From an uncultured Acidimicrobiales bacterium (lineage in GTDB: Bacteria; Actinomycetota; Acidimicrobiia; Acidimicrobiales; Hopanoidiivorantaceae), in NCBI GenBank assembly GCA_958295755.1, contig OY282367.1:932022-996021 (forward strand): a DNA stretch of 64,000 bases, written 5' to 3'. The notes beneath the pieces were generated by a model. The model had not been told where the DNA came from and did not search any database. It was given only the letters and a program-made list of their open reading frames with translations. Shown in pieces: positions 63,288-64,000 of the stretch; the first letter of the stretch is position 1; every line of letters begins with the position of its first letter. The position numbers and the translations under genes were made by a program.

Positions 63288-63760
63288 CTGCGCTTTTGTG
63301 ACAGCTTGTGCGACAACTTACCTTCATTCCAATTTGGGTCTAGCTGTCGCAAGAAAACAGCACAACGTTCAGCTTCGTCTTTCTCGCCGATCATCTCAGC
63401 AGTTCGCCTCAACCCTTCCAAGCAGTGTAGAAATCCTTGGTTGCCAAGATGCTCCCAGCGAACTAACCCTGAGCCTCGCCATCCGCTTTGGCGCAGGCGG
63501 TCTAAACCTCTGTGATAGCCAACTCTGAAACAAGCATAGGCTTCCACCACATCTCGCGCTGACTCGCCCAGCTGTGCCCAACCTTCTATGAAATCGGGCC
63601 ATCTAGCTACCAACCCAGAGATAGCCATATGCCTTTGCATGCCTGTCAAATTCAAAGCTTCATCAAGAGCCTGCCTCGCTGCTGCTAGCTCTAGCTCAAG
63701 GATAGTTTCAGGCGGCCCCGAGGCCGACAGATTAACAGGAGAATGATCTGGGTGGCTCAA
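63284..63760 (-). CDS. DUF3151-like protein
   Basis: FRVGYHRGLDRLRQSGWRGSGLVRWEH…; the resemblance is recalled, not searched. Confidence 0.6.
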   Translation of the reverse strand: MSHPDHSPVNLSASGPPETILELELAAARQALDEALNLTGMQRHMAISGLVARWPDFIEGWAQLGESARDVVEAYACFRVGYHRGLDRLRQSGWRGSGLVRWEHLGNQGFLHCLEGLRRTAEMIGEKDEAERCAVFLRQLDPNWNEGKLSHKLSQKRR

Positions 63761-63765
63761 AGCAA

Positions 63766-64000
63766 CTACTCTCTAACGGTCACCAGTCGGAATACATCAG
63801 TTTCACGCGAGTCTCGCGACAGCCCTGCGAGCACCCCGACAATATCGCCCGGGCGAATATAGCCGTGTTCTTTTGACATCGCAATGGCTTCGCGCACGCG
63901 CTTTTCGTAGCTGTCGGTAGATGAGCTGCGGATGACTTTAACTCCCCAACTCAAAGTTAGTTGCTGTAGCACGCGAGGGTCAGTTGAGAACCCTAAAATC
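63766..64000 (-). CDS. pyk: Pyruvate kinase, C-terminal end only (continues beyond the window)
   Basis: …ILGFSTDPRVLQQLTLSWGVKVI…GDIVGVLAGL…FRLVTV resembles the PK C-terminal domain. The frame stays open to the window edge. Confidence 0.65.
   Translation of the reverse strand, partial: ILGFSTDPRVLQQLTLSWGVKVIRSSSTDSYEKRVREAIAMSKEHGYIRPGDIVGVLAGLSRDSRETDVFRLVTVRE

Noticed and set aside
1-64000. Prophage, integrative element, transposon/IS, tRNA or rRNA genes
   Set aside because: No integrase, transposase or phage-structural motifs were seen in any long ORF. No intergenic stretch looked like a tRNA cloverleaf or rRNA by eye. A dedicated scan (tRNAscan, Infernal) would still be needed to exclude small RNAs.

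Overview
64-kb chromosomal window, roughly 50-55% GC by eye. Gene content and order point to Actinomycetota, possibly Acidimicrobiia (inference): alaS-ruvX-mltG-aroE-aroK-aroB-aroQ-pepP-efp-nusB-carA-carB, trpCFBA, etfBA, rplU-rpmA, and DUF3107/DUF3151/DUF3179 proteins. No rRNA, tRNA, CRISPR array, transposase or integrase was recognised.

The main non-housekeeping feature is a tandem array at about 1.4-8.5 kb, with a fifth copy at 26.9-27.9 kb.
- It encodes secreted, six-Cys proteins with a prepilin/TadE-like N-terminus (ERG[IF]TLQTLIV plus a hydrophobic helix). The N- and C-terminal modules are invariant and the core is hypervariable.
- Each copy carries a 9-10 nt poly-C (or poly-G) tract in its leader codons. 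One copy is out of frame by exactly one C, which suggests a phase-variation switch.
- Three copies are paired with a membrane-anchored coiled-coil protein built from a copy-number-variable 33-bp (11-aa) repeat.
- One 1842-bp unit is apparently perfectly duplicated.
- All copies share an extended -10 promoter and a palindrome-bearing leader.

The fifth copy lies in a small AT-richer islet next to a class-II Fic protein and an unknown 222-aa ORF. It is bracketed by 80-bp inverted repeats rich in TATCTGATA motifs.

Other oddities:
- an in-frame nusB-carA ORF;
- purH split by a frameshift;
- a chimeric partial duplicate of the molybdo-oxidoreductase 5' end fused in frame upstream of purB;
- an Mrp/ApbC gene with no canonical start before its P-loop;
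- a truncated VapC-like ORF;
- several short tandem repeats in promoter regions.

All functional calls rest on motif recognition by eye. No database search was run.
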